The notes under the pieces were generated by a model. That model was not told where the DNA came from. It saw nothing but the letters and a program-made list of their open reading frames with translations, and searched no databases. Of a stretch of DNA of 64,000 nt, positions 51,001-64,000 are shown in pieces (positions within the stretch are counted from its first letter, which is position 1; the number at the start of each line of letters is the position of its first letter). The stretch covers positions 2,418,001 to 2,482,000 of the forward strand of contig CP075497.1 of NCBI GenBank assembly GCA_021613535.1, given 5' to 3'. A program made the translations under genes and the position numbers. This DNA is from Adineta vaga. Its lineage: Eukaryota > Animalia > Rotifera.

Positions 51001-51080
51001 CGTTTTAGTAATTCTAAATTTTTGATGCGCATCTCCGCCATCTTTTGATCAATGGCCATGATAGACACGTTTCCATCCAT
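46800..51080 (-). CDS. CCDC9-like protein with a long N/Q/S/R-rich low-complexity region; multi-exon with several long introns
   Basis: The spliced N-terminus IDQKMAEMRIKNLELLKRHQ|EIEEDRQLAQ resembles the CCDC9/DUF4594 coiled coil (LDKRIEALRRKNEALIRRYQEIEEDRKKAE). Large exon = ORF 47471..48655. The acidic C-terminal exons end AIVVE* at 46800. Confidence 0.6.
48009..48080 (-). repeat. Coding (AAT)n / poly-Asn microsatellites
   Basis: (ATT)n runs on the plus strand encode NNNNNNNNN and NNNNNN within ORF 47471..48655. Confidence 0.85.
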
Positions 51081-52591
51081 CGAACTTCTAATGATGAGAT
51101 TATCTAAAAGAAACAAAATCATTTACTAAGATGAACTCATTTTCGACAATGATACACATCTCTCGACGTTTTATATGATTTATTAGACAAAAACGAGATA
51201 AAATGAGGTCATTAAAGTGCGATCGTCCAATTTACCTTGCCAAAAGAAGATACATATGCTTGAAATTTCTATTCTCCTTCGATTCATATTAGTTCTAGAT
51301 GATTGAAAAAGCGTTCTATTTATCGACCTCACCCATTTCTCTACGGTTATTATTTGCTCGACTGTACATATATGATGTGACAATCTCACTTGAACACTTC
51401 TTTTGTAGTTTAAACACAGAATTCAACGACCAACAACAAAATAATTCCGAGTTTTTCGAAGAACTAATGATGGACAGCAAATAAATGTCTATATGTGGTA
51501 ATATGATTCGTATTCGATGAGCAAAAGAGAAATGTATTCTATCTAAGTATCCATTCGGAATCAGAAGGGCAAAGATATGAAATGAATATCTTTCGAAAGA
51601 GAGTATCTATGATAATGAATAACTATCTGTTCGTTGTCTTCTTTGCAAATGTATAATACGTTAAATATGGTAAGAATAGTCAAATGTTGTTTGCTCTTTA
51701 TAAGACAAGAAAAAAAAGAGAACGTTCTCTTTTGTGTAAAATACAATACCTTATTTGAGGTCAAAAGAAGATTAAATTTCAACAGATGTTATATATATAT
51801 TTCTCATAAATGTGAATGATCTTACTATTCTAATTGGAAGAAGTATTATATGCATCGATTTCTGATCTGATTCATATGTTTGTAAATATTTTCTGAATGT
51901 GAGATTTGATTTCAAAGGATAGAGTTGAAATCACAATCACAGGAAGGAAATTCATTTACCGATGCTTTTTTTTCTCCATGTCACTTACTCTACTTGATAA
52001 AAAGTTTTCTTAGATTTAGATTTCGATAGTAAATAGGTGATAATCTTTTCTTCTTCACCTCTCGTTTTATGACTTAAAAGAACACAATAAAAAAAAGGTT
52101 AATTGATTTTCTTTCTTCTTTTCAGATATATTTTCAAACTTACTTTGTTTCTTTCATTGGAGAGTCAAACAACCAACTAAAGTCTTGTTCAATAGACCTA
52201 TTCTAATGAATCAGATGTCGCACTGAGAGAAAAGACATTAAGTTCAACCTTATTATCTATAAACTAATCAAGTTATCTTTTCCGTCATCTGGCATGAGTT
52301 CATAGAGGAAAATATTTTGTTATCTTTGATAAATGTCATCTTGCTATTTTGTCACAAGAGATTCTCACATTGATGATGAAAGAATTATGTATAGTTCACA
52401 AGTGATAAACTCATTCGGTTGATCTTGATAAGATATTCAATCATTGTGTGTATCTGTTGAATTAGCATTTGAGATTGAGAAAAATTTGGTTTTGTTTTCT
52501 TTTATAAATAATCAATGAGCAAAAAAAAGAGAATTATAGAGAAACGAAAAAGGAACAAGACAAGAAGAAACACGAAAACTATATATTAACA

Positions 52592-53616
52592 TCACCGATT
52601 TGTTATAGGCATATGTTCATTCGCATCGATAATAATATTATCAGTATTATCACGTCGATTTGTTGTCCAATTGTCAAATAAATGATAACCTGTACCTGAT
52701 GGTTCCCAATCATCACTTGTCGATTCCAGTGAATAAGTAAATTGTCTACGTCTTTGACGTTTACGTTGAAAATAAACAAATGCAACTGCGATACTAACTG
52801 AACTAATAATCAATAGAAGACCAAAGATAATGATCGTTGTTACTATTCCACCACTTATTGTTCGTCTCATTTTTGGTAGAATTAATTTAGACATTGATTC
52901 TATGCAAGACAAAACAAAAAGAGATTAGGAAACTGATAATTTTTGTTTATTACTCACTCGAACAATCGTGTTCCTCGATGCCCTGTGGACATAGATGATA
53001 ACCATCACATGGAAATTTTTCATCAATGCACCATTGATCTTGATTATTGATTAAACATCGATATTGATTTGAGAAACATGGACCTAGAATAGAAAGAATT
53101 TCAAGACTAAAAGATTTTCGTTTGAATAATTCAAAATATACCTTTGGAAATATTTGAGATTAGAATTTCAAATGGTTGAATATTGAATTGACATAAACTA
53201 AATGTTAAAGGTAAATCGAGAATATTACTTCGAAAATAAGTTCGATTAAATAATGAATAACGAATTAAATCAATTGATTGTAATTGTTTATTGAATATAT
53301 GAAATGATGGAATGATATGTGTAATATTCATATTAACTAATATCTGTTCGGTTGAAGTTGGTTTAATCAATGTTAGATTACAACATGATAAATTCGATAA
53401 AGAAGATGGTGTGAAGATGAGTGATAAAGGAGATGACATATTGATCGTTTGATTACAAAAAGACATCCATTGAGCTGGATGAGAAAGAGAAGAAAAGAAA
53501 ATTCGAAGAAGTTGATGAATTATTTCTTATTTACCTTGAATAGAATTGGAATAGATGGTTTGAATTAGTGCAAGAAACGACCAGCACCAGAGAAAAATCC
53601 TTGTTATATTTGTCAT
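52592..53616 (-). CDS. Single-pass membrane protein with one LDL-receptor class A domain (possible degenerate CUB-like N-terminus), 4 exons
   Basis: A signal peptide exon starts at 53616. The LDLa exon reads PCFSNQYRCLINNQDQWCIDEKFPCDGYHLCPQGIEEHDC. The transmembrane segment GGIVTTIIIFGLLLIISSVSIAVAFVYF is followed by RKRQRRR. Confidence 0.8.
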
Positions 53617-55092
53617 TATTTGAAAATTAAACATGGATTGTTCAGTCATTCAATCGTATGTTTGACGAGCTGAATGGCAAACAAAATTTCTTCTTTCGCT
53701 TTCTCTCATTCGGAGATGTATTGTAACGTATCTTGAATGCTGTTGCTGCTTCTAGTTGATTGTCAAATCGGCTATGCATGTTTCTCTCTTTTTCTCGCTT
53801 TTTCTTCTCTCGCTCTCTCTCTCTCTTTCGATCTTTTCTTTCTTTCGACCTAAAGTAACAAACATAGTCATCGGGCAGATTCTTTCTTTGTTTCGCGGAC
53901 GATGAGTCAGCGCGCGAACATAGCCGAGAGAACGAGAAGAAAAGAAATGAGTAGGAGAAATAACGTGCAATGCATTCACCTTCAACAATTTCTATCCTAT
54001 CATCATCATTACTGAAGAACAGCATTGAAAAGAGAATAAATTGATGAGTGAATACAAGATTAATTGACTGGTATATCAACTAGATTTCCCAACGGAAGAA
54101 GAAATCTTGATTTGTATTATGTAAAAAAAATACGCGACAATAAAGATTCGTCTTGAAAATAATCAATTGTTTGTTTGATATAATAATAATTATTGTTATT
54201 ATTGATTTGATGATAACGGAAAGAAAGAAATGATTAGGAAATCGAACTCATCCGGTATTTGCCATTAAAGTGAATAATTATACATAAGAGTTTAGATTTA
54301 TTTGATGAAATTATGTTCGACAAGGTCGTCTCGATGATTGATTGATACTGTACTTTTTTTTGAGCAAATATTCATTGCAAAGGTCGTATGAAGTAGAGGT
54401 TCTTTGTTATTAAAATAACTAAACATGAAATTGTTTGACAGAAATCTAAAATCAATATATGAATTTGTATAGAATTTCATTTTCATGTCGAACAATTTCG
54501 AACTTGAAGGAAATGAGTTTATTCCTTCTTATTTTAGATGATTATCAAAGATTTAGTATCACGCATACATACATTCTAATAGAATTTCAATTGAAAGGAG
54601 GAAAAAACGTCAAGAGTGGACATAATTTTCAATATCCCAGTGGATTTTCCTTTAACAAATCTATATTACTCGACATTTTGATCTCTAATTAATTAAACGA
54701 ACACAATGGGAATTAAGTTAGGTGTTTCATACGTATTTTCATTCAAAAAAATCAATGATAAACTTATGTGTCACTAATGAAATAGTTATCGACACATTAT
54801 ATTGTATCATTGTTAATCGTACGAATAAAATATAACAAAGAATAAGATTAGATCTATATTTATTTGACATATAGTTCATTTCCACCTCCACTAGTCCTTG
54901 ATGATTGAAAGATAATGTTTCTGTTCTATCTAAATGATAGGTTCTTTCAATATTCTCTTCGTATTATTCATTGTAATACTCCTACATTTTGTGCATATTG
55001 TAGGAGGATGTTCGTGTATGTATAGGGATTACTATTCACAAATATTCGAAAATGCTATATAATCAATTGATTTCTGATCATCAATTGAAAAC

Positions 55093-55944
55093 ATGACGAC
55101 TCTTTTTCATATGAATTTTATATTGATATTAATCGTTTTATTCACTACGGTCAATGCCAACGGTAAGTTAAATACTGAATTTTATATAATTTATTCTTAA
55201 ATATATGTATGTTCTTTAGGATTTCAATGTCCTGAAAATGAAGTATATCATGAATGTGGTACAGCTTGTCAAGAAACTTGTAGAAATAAACCACAATTTT
55301 GTACCTATCAATGTGTACCAGGATGTTTTTGTAAACAAGGTTTTGTACGTCAGATTGATGATAAAAGTAAATGTGTTCTACAATCACAATGTTCTTGTGG
55401 TATAAATGAATATTTCAATGATTGTGGTTCAGCTTGTCCTGATACATGTTCAGAACGATCTCGATCATGCACAAAACAATGTGTACCTGATTGTTTTTGT
55501 AAAGATGGTTTTGTTCGTTTGAATAATCAAACCGGAAGTCCATGCGTACCAGAATCAGTATGCAAAAATTCAATATGTCAAGATCCCAATGCTGAATATA
55601 CAGAATGTGGATCATCATGTCCACGTACGTGTATGGATGAATTGAATCCTCTTCGAAAATTTCGAATCTGTTCAACGATGTGTCAACGTGGATGTTTTTG
55701 TAAGAAAGATTTCGTTCTTGGTAAAGATGGTAAATGTGTTAAACCCGAAATTTGTTGCCGAGCAATCAATGGATTATATAAAACGTGTGGTTCACTTTGT
55801 CAACAAACATGTACCGATCAAAATAATTACTCTTGTCTTCTACCATGTGTTCCTGGTTGTTTCTGCGCGACAGATTTCGTTCGTGAAAATGAAAATATCA
55901 ATAGTTCATGTATTCATCAAACAACGTGTCGAAAAAATCAATAG
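55093..55944 (+). CDS. Secreted protein with four tandem TIL (trypsin-inhibitor-like Cys-rich) domains, 2 exons (intron 55163-55219)
   Basis: Signal peptide MTTLFHMNFILILIVLFTTVNA, then four 10-Cys units of the form C..NE.Y..CG..C..TC.....C...C..GCFC..GFVR.....CV....C. Confidence 0.92.
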
Positions 55945-56632
55945 AAAAGAATACGCTTTCAAACTGTATTGAATATATTTTTTGTTATGATAATATTCAA
56001 ATAAAAGATATCATTATTCTTGGCTTTATAAACACTCAAAAAAAAAGAACAGTAATATTTTTCAAAACCTTACAAAATTCAATTCTTTTATGAATTTTTT
56101 ATGTATGACGTCTACTTGTAGTCATCATCATCATCATCACGAACGCAAGAAATGATCATAATATGTTCTGAATAAATCAAGACTTTTTCCATGCTTTACA
56201 ACACAAACATACCTTTGTTATTTTTCGTTCGTGTAGATGGTGAAATTCACATTTCTCTTTTAGAATTTACATAGAGTGTATTAACAATTATCCAATTTAA
56301 TTATTCACAGTAGATCTATGTCAACGAAAATCTATTGATATTCTCTTCTGTCTCATAGAGTATAGAATTCATGACTTGAGAATGACGCATCAATTATAAC
56401 ATTGGTGATGCTCATTTACATAATATAGGAGATCGGTCATTTATACATTTTCTTTTCTCTTCGCTTCTTCTTCTTCGTTTTCTTTTCAAAATCAATCAAC
56501 CATATCCTTTATATATATATATACATATTTAAAGATACCCGTGTCTTCATATACACATTCACTAGCAAGTTCGTTTTGAAGTGTATTACTTCCTAATATT
56601 CTATAACTTGATATTCCTACGATAAAAAAAAG

Positions 56633-57830
56633 ATGGTATGGAGTGTTCAAACACGAAAACGATTGGCATTAATGATGGGTTACATATGTATCAGTGTATT
56701 TTTCTCTTTAACATCTTATATTATTTATGTATTTTATAAAATTATTTTACCAAGTGTTGTTGAAAAGAAACAATATAATCTAGTGATTTTCAATATGTTT
56801 TTTGGTAATTGGCTTGCAGTGAATATCTATTTTAATTACATTATGGCTTGGTTAACATCACCTGGTCTAGCAAAACATTATCAAGATTTAGCATCACAAT
56901 ATCCAATGTGTAAAAAATGTTCATTCAATAAACCACCACGAACTCATCATTGTAGTTGGTGTGATTTATGTGTGTTAAAATTCGATCATCATTGTCCTTG
57001 TAAGAAAATATTCATTGATTTTTTCGGTACATGTTTAACTTTTAATTAAGGGCTGAATAATTGTGTTGGATTTTATAATCATCGATATTTTTTTCAATTT
57101 TGTTGTTATATGGCAATTGGATGTATGTATGCAGGTACATTTGGTTATCGTCAACATCAAATTGCTTTACTTCAACAGCAAGTGTAAGTTAACCGTATGA
57201 AATTGTTTCATATTTGTTATTGTTATCTTTTTATTTAGATATTCTTATTCGGATTCAATTTTTAAACCATTTGATATTCTTGAAGAGATGGGAATACCGG
57301 GTTTTATAACATATTATATATTTCTAGCTGGTTTAACTATTGGTTTTCTTTTAATTGGTCTTATTTTATGGCATGGACGAATGATAGGTCGTGGTGTGAC
57401 TTCACTCGAACGTGTATTGAATCATTATTATGCTCATCAATGTTATGAACAAGGATTTATCTTTGTGAATCCATATGATTTTGGTTTTATCGAAAATTGG
57501 AAACGATTTCTTGGTGTTCATACATTAGGTGAATTCGTTCGAAAAGTTCTTTTGCCAAGTGCACATAAGCCAGAAGGAAATGGAATTACCTGGGATGGTT
57601 ATAATGTAAATACAAATTTACAATTACATCGACAAGGTGCACATCAAACAACACGACCAATCGCTTTTCCTCCTGGCATTCAACCGAATTTTCCCAGTAG
57701 TTATCCAATAAATCGTCATCAATCGATTGTTCCACCTTGGGAAAGACAACCGAGACCAGCGAATGTTTCTCCGGGTTATCAACCAAAAGCACCAGCAACC
57801 GAAACAACAGATGATAGAAAAGATCAATAG
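56633..57830 (+). CDS. ZDHHC16: DHHC palmitoyltransferase, ZDHHC16-like, 3 exons
   Basis: CKKC...[23 protein letters not shown]|[15 protein letters not shown], plus a C-terminal [15 protein letters not shown]....[18 protein letters not shown] characteristic of ZDHHC16. Confidence 0.9.
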
Positions 57831-57956
57831 AAAAAGATTGTTTTGTTTTTGTTTGAAGTTCAATAACATTTGATTATAGAAAAATAAAAAGCATCAGAAA
57901 TGAGTGCGATTGATTTTGTACTGGCGGGTAGGTAAAAGTTCATTATCACACTTCAT

Positions 57957-59227
57957 ATGTTCGAGTTACTTCGTTATGTATGTGAACTGATATTTGGTTC
58001 TTCATTAGCACTATCACGTGAAAGTTTCGAATATCTTTCAATTCACCTTCATGATCTTGTTATTCAACTTATTCAACAGACATTTGCAATTACATTACGA
58101 TCAAAACGAATTCGTTTACTAGGCGATGATCTACAAATAATTTTGAAATGTCGGAATATTTCTTCATTGTTTGGTTATTCTTATTCATCGAAAAGAAATA
58201 AAAAACCGTCATTTCAAAGTATATATCAAGGTGCACGTACTCTTTTTGTACAGACTGATGCGATGATTCATTTCAATGAGTTACATCCAATAACATCAAA
58301 GTAATTGAATGATTTTAAAGTGAAATTTCAAAAGACAAATCAACGGATTCTTTTCAGTGTTTTAACTCGAAATAAAGAGTTTTTATTCGAACAAATCTCA
58401 AATAAATGTATTGTTTCAAGTAATGAGATACTTTTACATGTAGAATGGTTGGCTATTGCTGGCAAACAGAATCTGCCTTCAATAAAATCATTCTATTTTC
58501 ATAAATCAGCATTAAATATTGAACAACAACTTTATCTCTCGTTTTTTCAATCAACCAATTTTAATCAAGAAATTCAGAATGTTTTATGTAATGATCAAAT
58601 TGCATTGAATACTATTCTTACTCAATTGATCGATTGGTGTCGAAATAACATCTGTGAATGTTTAATACATTGTTCTCGAGTAGAAAAACGACGTCAACTT
58701 GCTTATTTTCTAACAATTATTGATTGTTTACTTCAAAATTCATCAATAACAATCAATTCTTATTTACATATCCTATCACCGATTGTTTTAACTTGTTTAT
58801 TATATGATTTCGAGGTTGGATTATATGTACATTCATGTAGAATCTTCTGATTTTTTCGTTATAGATCGATGAACCAGCAGATTTTGATGTTATTCATGAA
58901 GAATCAGTTGTTAATACTGGTCACATCTGGTCACTTCGTATATTATCTGCTCGAGCTTGTGTAAAAATCTTACAACGTTCAACTTCTCTTGTCTACGATA
59001 TATTCTCTATTCGTATTTTTACTCGACTTGTTTATTCATTAACTATACGAAGTATACCACCTTCTGTTATCCATGCTATTCTCTACTTCTTCGAACAATT
59101 AGGGTGTCATGTATGTCGTACATTTCTTTTACCATATCTATTAGATATAGATTCATCAAGAATCTTTTCGTCAAAAGCGATACTTAGTGTACTTGAACGT
59201 ATTTCTGTGATGCTCATAAAACAATAA
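57957..59227 (+). CDS. Divergent TAF6-like (TAF6/TAF6L) TFIID/SAGA subunit, 3 exons; start uncertain
   Basis: H4-like histone fold (L..HL.DLV.QLIQ....I..RSKR.RL..DDLQ.IL..RN...LFGY), LHVEWLAIAGKQ, ALNIEQQLY, LL.N....I..YLH.L.P.VLTCL and HIWSLR..SA, which follow the TAF6 motif order. Confidence 0.75.
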
Positions 59228-59442
59228 GTTTTGAATAATATGTGTGTGTTCATACTGAATCTTTCTCTAAATTGAAATATCTATACGTACCTATACTGAT
59301 TACGTAATGAAACGGATCATTCTGTAGTTAAAAGAATAGATAGTCATCTTTGAATCAATAAGTGAAAACTATTAACGAAACAAATATATTTTCAAGATAA
59401 TTACAAAAAGAAAACAATAATAGAAAAAAAAGCTTATTATAT

Positions 59443-62400
59443 CTATGGTTTATTCAATGCTGCTATGTGATGATATTGTCTATGTTTGGTCATATGTTTT
59501 AATCTTGAACTATTCGACTTGCGATCATAGAATCCATTTCCATAAATGACGAATATTAACAGTCGATAGAGTTGTTTTCGACATAGAATAATAAAAACAC
59601 ATAAAACACCGAATGAACCAAATAATGATGGAATAAATACTGGATTTCGTAATGAGAAAAAGTTTTTTGCAATACGTGATGGTGTTTCATTACTATCAAC
59701 CAAAACATTAGGACTAACAATATCATCGTCAATTGACATGGAAGGATTTTGATATTTCATAATATTTCTAAAAAATAAAATAATTATTCATGAATGTAAA
59801 AGAATATTTATTACGTTTGTGAAGCTGGATTGATAATCAATGGTTCAGATGGTTTCACTGGTTTATTGATCATACATTGTGGCAATTTTCTTTGTCTGTT
59901 CGTTTTATCTAACTTATTCCTTTCGATAACACGTGAGAATAAATGTAAACGACTTGTATTTAATCTTTCAAGTTCAGGTACATCAGAATCCATTTGTCTA
60001 TTTTCATCTAATTGAAGAAATAACTTTGGTACACGACTTGAAGTAGTAAATTCTAATAAAGCAAGTAAAAGCCAATAACAATCGCGAACAAGATGAACTG
60101 AATCTATACAATTTGAATCACCGTATACAGCAACACGTCCACCACCAGACGATTCGACTAGACCAAGAATTGGCATAGATATTGTACGAGGTTTCATAAT
60201 GGATTCAATATCTAACTTTTCTTTTTTACGATTATCATGATCTTCAAGATTTAAATGTCGCTGTTGTGGCATATGCGGAGATACAGGCATTTGTATGATG
60301 GTTTCACCCTGATCATTCAATGGACGATAGATTAAATAACCGTCAGCCGGAAATCGAACGATATGCGTACCTATGTGGAACAATAATTGTACATTTTCGA
60401 TATCATATTATCAAAAAAAAAAGACAAACTCAATCAATTCGTTCTTTACCTGATGCATAATAAATTATATGTTCTCCAAGCTCATAATTTCCTTCCAACA
60501 CAGTATCACCGAGAGCAATACCAAGTGGTTTTAATAGTTTATTCAATGCCGGTAAATTAGCACCACCAGTTTCTGGTAACCACCTTGGGAGACAGAAATC
60601 TTTTATATGAAATGATTCTCAAAGTAAAATAATCATATCATACCATTGTCGAGTATTTTCATCGTAGAATTGAACACGTTTCATCACCGAGGAATTGTAC
60701 CAGTCAGCAAAGACAATGATTGAAAGAGATTTATTCACAACATCGTTATGTAATTTAGTTATTTCCTGATCAAAAAATTCTTCTTCTGGATCAACAATTA
60801 ACAGTGTTCCTTTGAAAAGAAAAAGATTCATTTAAAAAGAACGACAAGAATCTCAATAACTACCATAAAGTGAAGCATCAAAACAAGTATAAGGTTGTCC
60901 TAATACTTCAACAAAATATCCAGCATTTCTTAGATGTTCATAAACATGACGAAAATTCGTATGGATATGATCTCCATTCCAATCCAATGGATCTTTCTTT
61001 TGTTTTAAATCATCACGAGGAAAATATCCTGGAGGATAACCAATTGAATGAAACTGATCCCAAAGTATACGATGAGAACGTATGGGCGTTGGTATTATAC
61101 GAACACGGACAGGTAAGATCAAATCACTTCGTTGTACAAAACTTTCCGAATCCTAAAAGTTTGAACGGATTTCTTATTTAGTGAGAAAAACAAAATCGAT
61201 GAATTTTCTTAAATACTTTAGCTGGTGATTCAATTGTTAATGTCACATGACCTTGAACAGTTCCTTCAAAATCTGAAGCATTTTGATGTACAGTCATTGA
61301 TAACGCTAAATAACCTGACCATGGCCATAGTTTTGTCGAAAAATCAAATGATAATTCAAGATATTGTCCATAAGAATCTTGCGGATGCCATTGAGGCTAA
61401 AGAAATACAGCTGTATATTGATATCTTATAGAAATTACATGAACAAATCTTACTTGTCCAACAACTTCTCCAACGACATCCATTCCATTCAAGATTGTCA
61501 CATTAACAATGATTGGCATAGCACTATGATAGAGTGGTTGTAAACAATAAGGCCAAAAATATGGACATTCAGTAAAATCAATATACGATGGACTTAGTCT
61601 AAACAGAAAGATAAATGTGTTTCGATAAATGAGTTCAATTTGTTTTCCGAAATAATACATACGATGCTTGAGGGACATATTGATTAAGAACACGAAATGC
61701 ACGTAATAAATTCAGTTTTCCATGTCCTTGTTCAAACATATTCGCATGTCGAAGACGATGAGCAGATGCTAATAAAGCTTGTTTCAAACTTGCTGGATTA
61801 ATTATATTTGGTGTACGATGAAGAACAGAGCTGAAAACGAAAACAATTTTTGCATAAATATAAAGACTAGATGATTTTAATAAATACATACCTAGCTAAG
61901 AGTGCCACAGCACCAGCAACGACAGGTGATGCAACACTTGTTCCTGAGAGAACTTTACATCCGGAAACAAGATTTGAGCCTCGTACAAATGAACCATATG
62001 TTACTAAATCAGGTTTCATTCGACCATATCCAGCGGGAAGCTAAATAGAAACAAAATAACATGTAGGAATATGACAAAATGAATTGAATATCTTACCTCC
62101 CACGTCGTCATTCCTCGAGATGAAAAGCGTGATATGGCATCATCAACTGTTATACTTCCAACTCCAATTACATCCATTTGATCAGCAGGATTGTTCAATG
62201 TACTATCAAAGGAAAGATAAAAATGAACTCATATACATAATAGATACGTCATAAGATGTCATACCCATATAGAGGTCCATCATTACCAATAGCTGAGACA
62301 AGAATAATACTGTTCGAGGTTAAATCCCATACCTACAGAAATAGTAAACATCTCAACTAACAGTAAAAAGAAAACATACTTTATCGATAAATGGTTGATC

Positions 62401-63519
62401 CATAAAATCTGGTCCACCAATACTTAAATTCAAAATATGTACTTTCTTCACAATAGCATAATTGAACGCGTCAAGAAACCAAGATGTATAAGAAATCTAA
62501 ATAATCTTCAATTTTTATAATAAATCAATATCTATACAAAATAAATCATACCTGATTATTTGTAAATACTTTAAAGATATGTAATTGTGCTTCAGGAGCA
62601 ATTCCTAAACATTCTTTATTACTACCGATAACACCGGCGACAAACAATCCATGGCCAATTGCTAAAAATGTGAATAATCTATTTTAAGAACGTTATAGAA
62701 AATACTGTATTCTTACTATCATGATCATTCTTTTCATCAGTCCAATTCGTCACTTCAGCAATATTCGGAAAATGTGGATGACCATCTTGAATACCTGTAT
62801 CAAATATTGCTACATGAATACCAGCACCTCGATGACCCATTTTCCATAATTTTGGTGCTTGTAAACTTTCCGCTATCCGTATATGATTCGGTGGACTACG
62901 ATGTAATTTTCTTTTATTTCCATTAATATCATTCTCATTTTCAACTGAATATATCGAATAGTAATTTGTTTGTTTTTTTCTAGAATAATAGACGAGACTT
63001 ACCCTTGGAATAATGTATATAACGAGTAATCTGTCGATGAGGATTAACTGCTCGAATAAGTGGATGTTTTCTTAAAGCATCGATTATTTGTTCATCATCA
63101 TTAAACTATAATAAAAAAATTAAATATTCGTTTCTAAGAAGAAAAAAGGGAAAATCTTACTCGAACAATATCAAAATCGGACGGATAACGTTGCATTAAA
63201 TTGTTTCGTTTGACTATTTCATAATCAGATATCTGATTACGTTCGAAAACTCGTATTATATAATTTGATCGTGTTAATTCGTTGTAATAACCAGTAAATT
63301 GAACAATAAATTCTTTCATAGAAACCAAAAAATAGTAAAGACAATTTTTGCAAATCTATCTATCTTACCATCTTGTATCGTTTTCGCTTCATATTGTACG
63401 CTAAGGTTTTGTTCATCGGTATTTGTTGTTATATTACAAGAAAAGACTTCATTAGTATTGAGTGTTATTATAAAGGTGAGAAGATAAAAAAATAAACTCT
63501 TGTATAGAACATTGACCAT
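59443..63519 (-). CDS. MBTPS1: Membrane-bound transcription factor site-1 protease (S1P/SKI-1), multi-exon
   Basis: Signal peptide; [10 protein letters not shown]; YPSDFD; catalytic [15 protein letters not shown] and [12 protein letters not shown]; GNDGPLYG; [13 protein letters not shown]; [19 protein letters not shown]; [15 protein letters not shown]; YGDSNCID; C-terminal transmembrane segment. Confidence 0.97.
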
Positions 63520-63650
63520 CGTAGTCCATGCTGAATCGAAAAATGTTAATTGCAGAAGAATTTTTATTTCATTATCTAAAAATTCAACTTAATTAGACAA
63601 GTAATTATACAATAGAAATAAACATGAAAAAAGAAAAGAGAAAAAAATCA

Positions 63651-64000
63651 TTATTCATTTTGTACACATGTTAAGCAGATCGATGAATCATTATTCCTAA
63701 AGATAAAAATAACTTCATCCAATACGGTTTTATTTGAAAATGAACGTACATGTTTATTGAACAAAAAGGACAATATGTCTTATTACATTGTGAACATAAA
63801 ATCAGATGATTTGAACAATATTGTTTTTCACAATAATCACAAATAGATACAATTGGTATTGTACAATGCATTGATGAACAACAGGACAACATTGAATTTG
63901 TTTTGCTTTCTATAATTTTGATAGAAAACTATATCTTTTGAATTCTATGAAATAGATGAATTTACCATTAGTTAATGTTGCATCTTTCAATTTACGAAAG
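63651..64000 (-). CDS. Cys-rich zinc-finger protein, SIVA-like; 3' part only, 5' end off the window
   Basis: CDYCEKQYCSNHLILCSQCNKTYCPFCSIN|..DSSICLTCVQNE* has the CxxC spacing of the Siva C-terminal domain. Confidence 0.5.

Noticed and set aside
50500-54100. Short ORFs such as 50626..50970, 50756..50974 and 53642..54079
   Set aside because: They are translations of (CT/GA)n-rich intronic or UTR sequence with biased composition and no splice-consistent structure.
2304-60015. Antisense ORFs overlapping real genes (e.g. 2304..2591, 5713..5934, 25571..25876, 44662..45057, 59830..60015)
   Set aside because: They are shadow frames of well-supported genes on the opposite strand.
1-64000. tRNA, rRNA or snRNA genes
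   Set aside because: None recognised by eye. tRNAscan-SE and Infernal would be needed to exclude small ncRNAs.

Overview
AT-rich, gene-dense eukaryotic genomic DNA with many short (about 50-60 nt) GT-AG introns. The intron size, the intron-bearing genes of bacterial/fungal type and the lineage-specific Cys/His families suggest a bdelloid rotifer; this is an inference and no search was run. About 25 protein-coding genes can be assembled by hand. Conserved genes: Elongin A-like TFIIS-N protein, S50 homeobox, HCCS, fukutin/LicD, MED9, ODR4, iRhom, NCAPD2, XRCC3, CCDC9-like, ZDHHC16, TAF6-like, MBTPS1 and SIVA-like. There are also three probable horizontally acquired metabolic enzymes, each with one spliceosomal intron (ROK fructokinase, L-fucose-isomerase-like protein, LigB/DODA dioxygenase), and several orphans. 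The most striking element is one gene the ORF track breaks into fragments: an 11-exon minus-strand gene (31086-37029, about 435 aa). It encodes an N-myristoylation motif, a hydrophobic hairpin, an LRR cap and nine ribonuclease-inhibitor-type LRRs. Each LRR sits on its own exon (eight are 84 nt, bounded by phase-0 introns) in a tandem ~143-bp exon+intron array. The introns and scaffold codons are near-identical while the concave-face residues are hypervariable, which makes it a candidate modular, exon-shuffling, membrane-anchored immune receptor without a NOD domain. Very short intergenic spacers ending in splice acceptors also suggest operons or SL trans-splicing. No rRNA, tRNA, CRISPR array or autonomous transposon could be supported.
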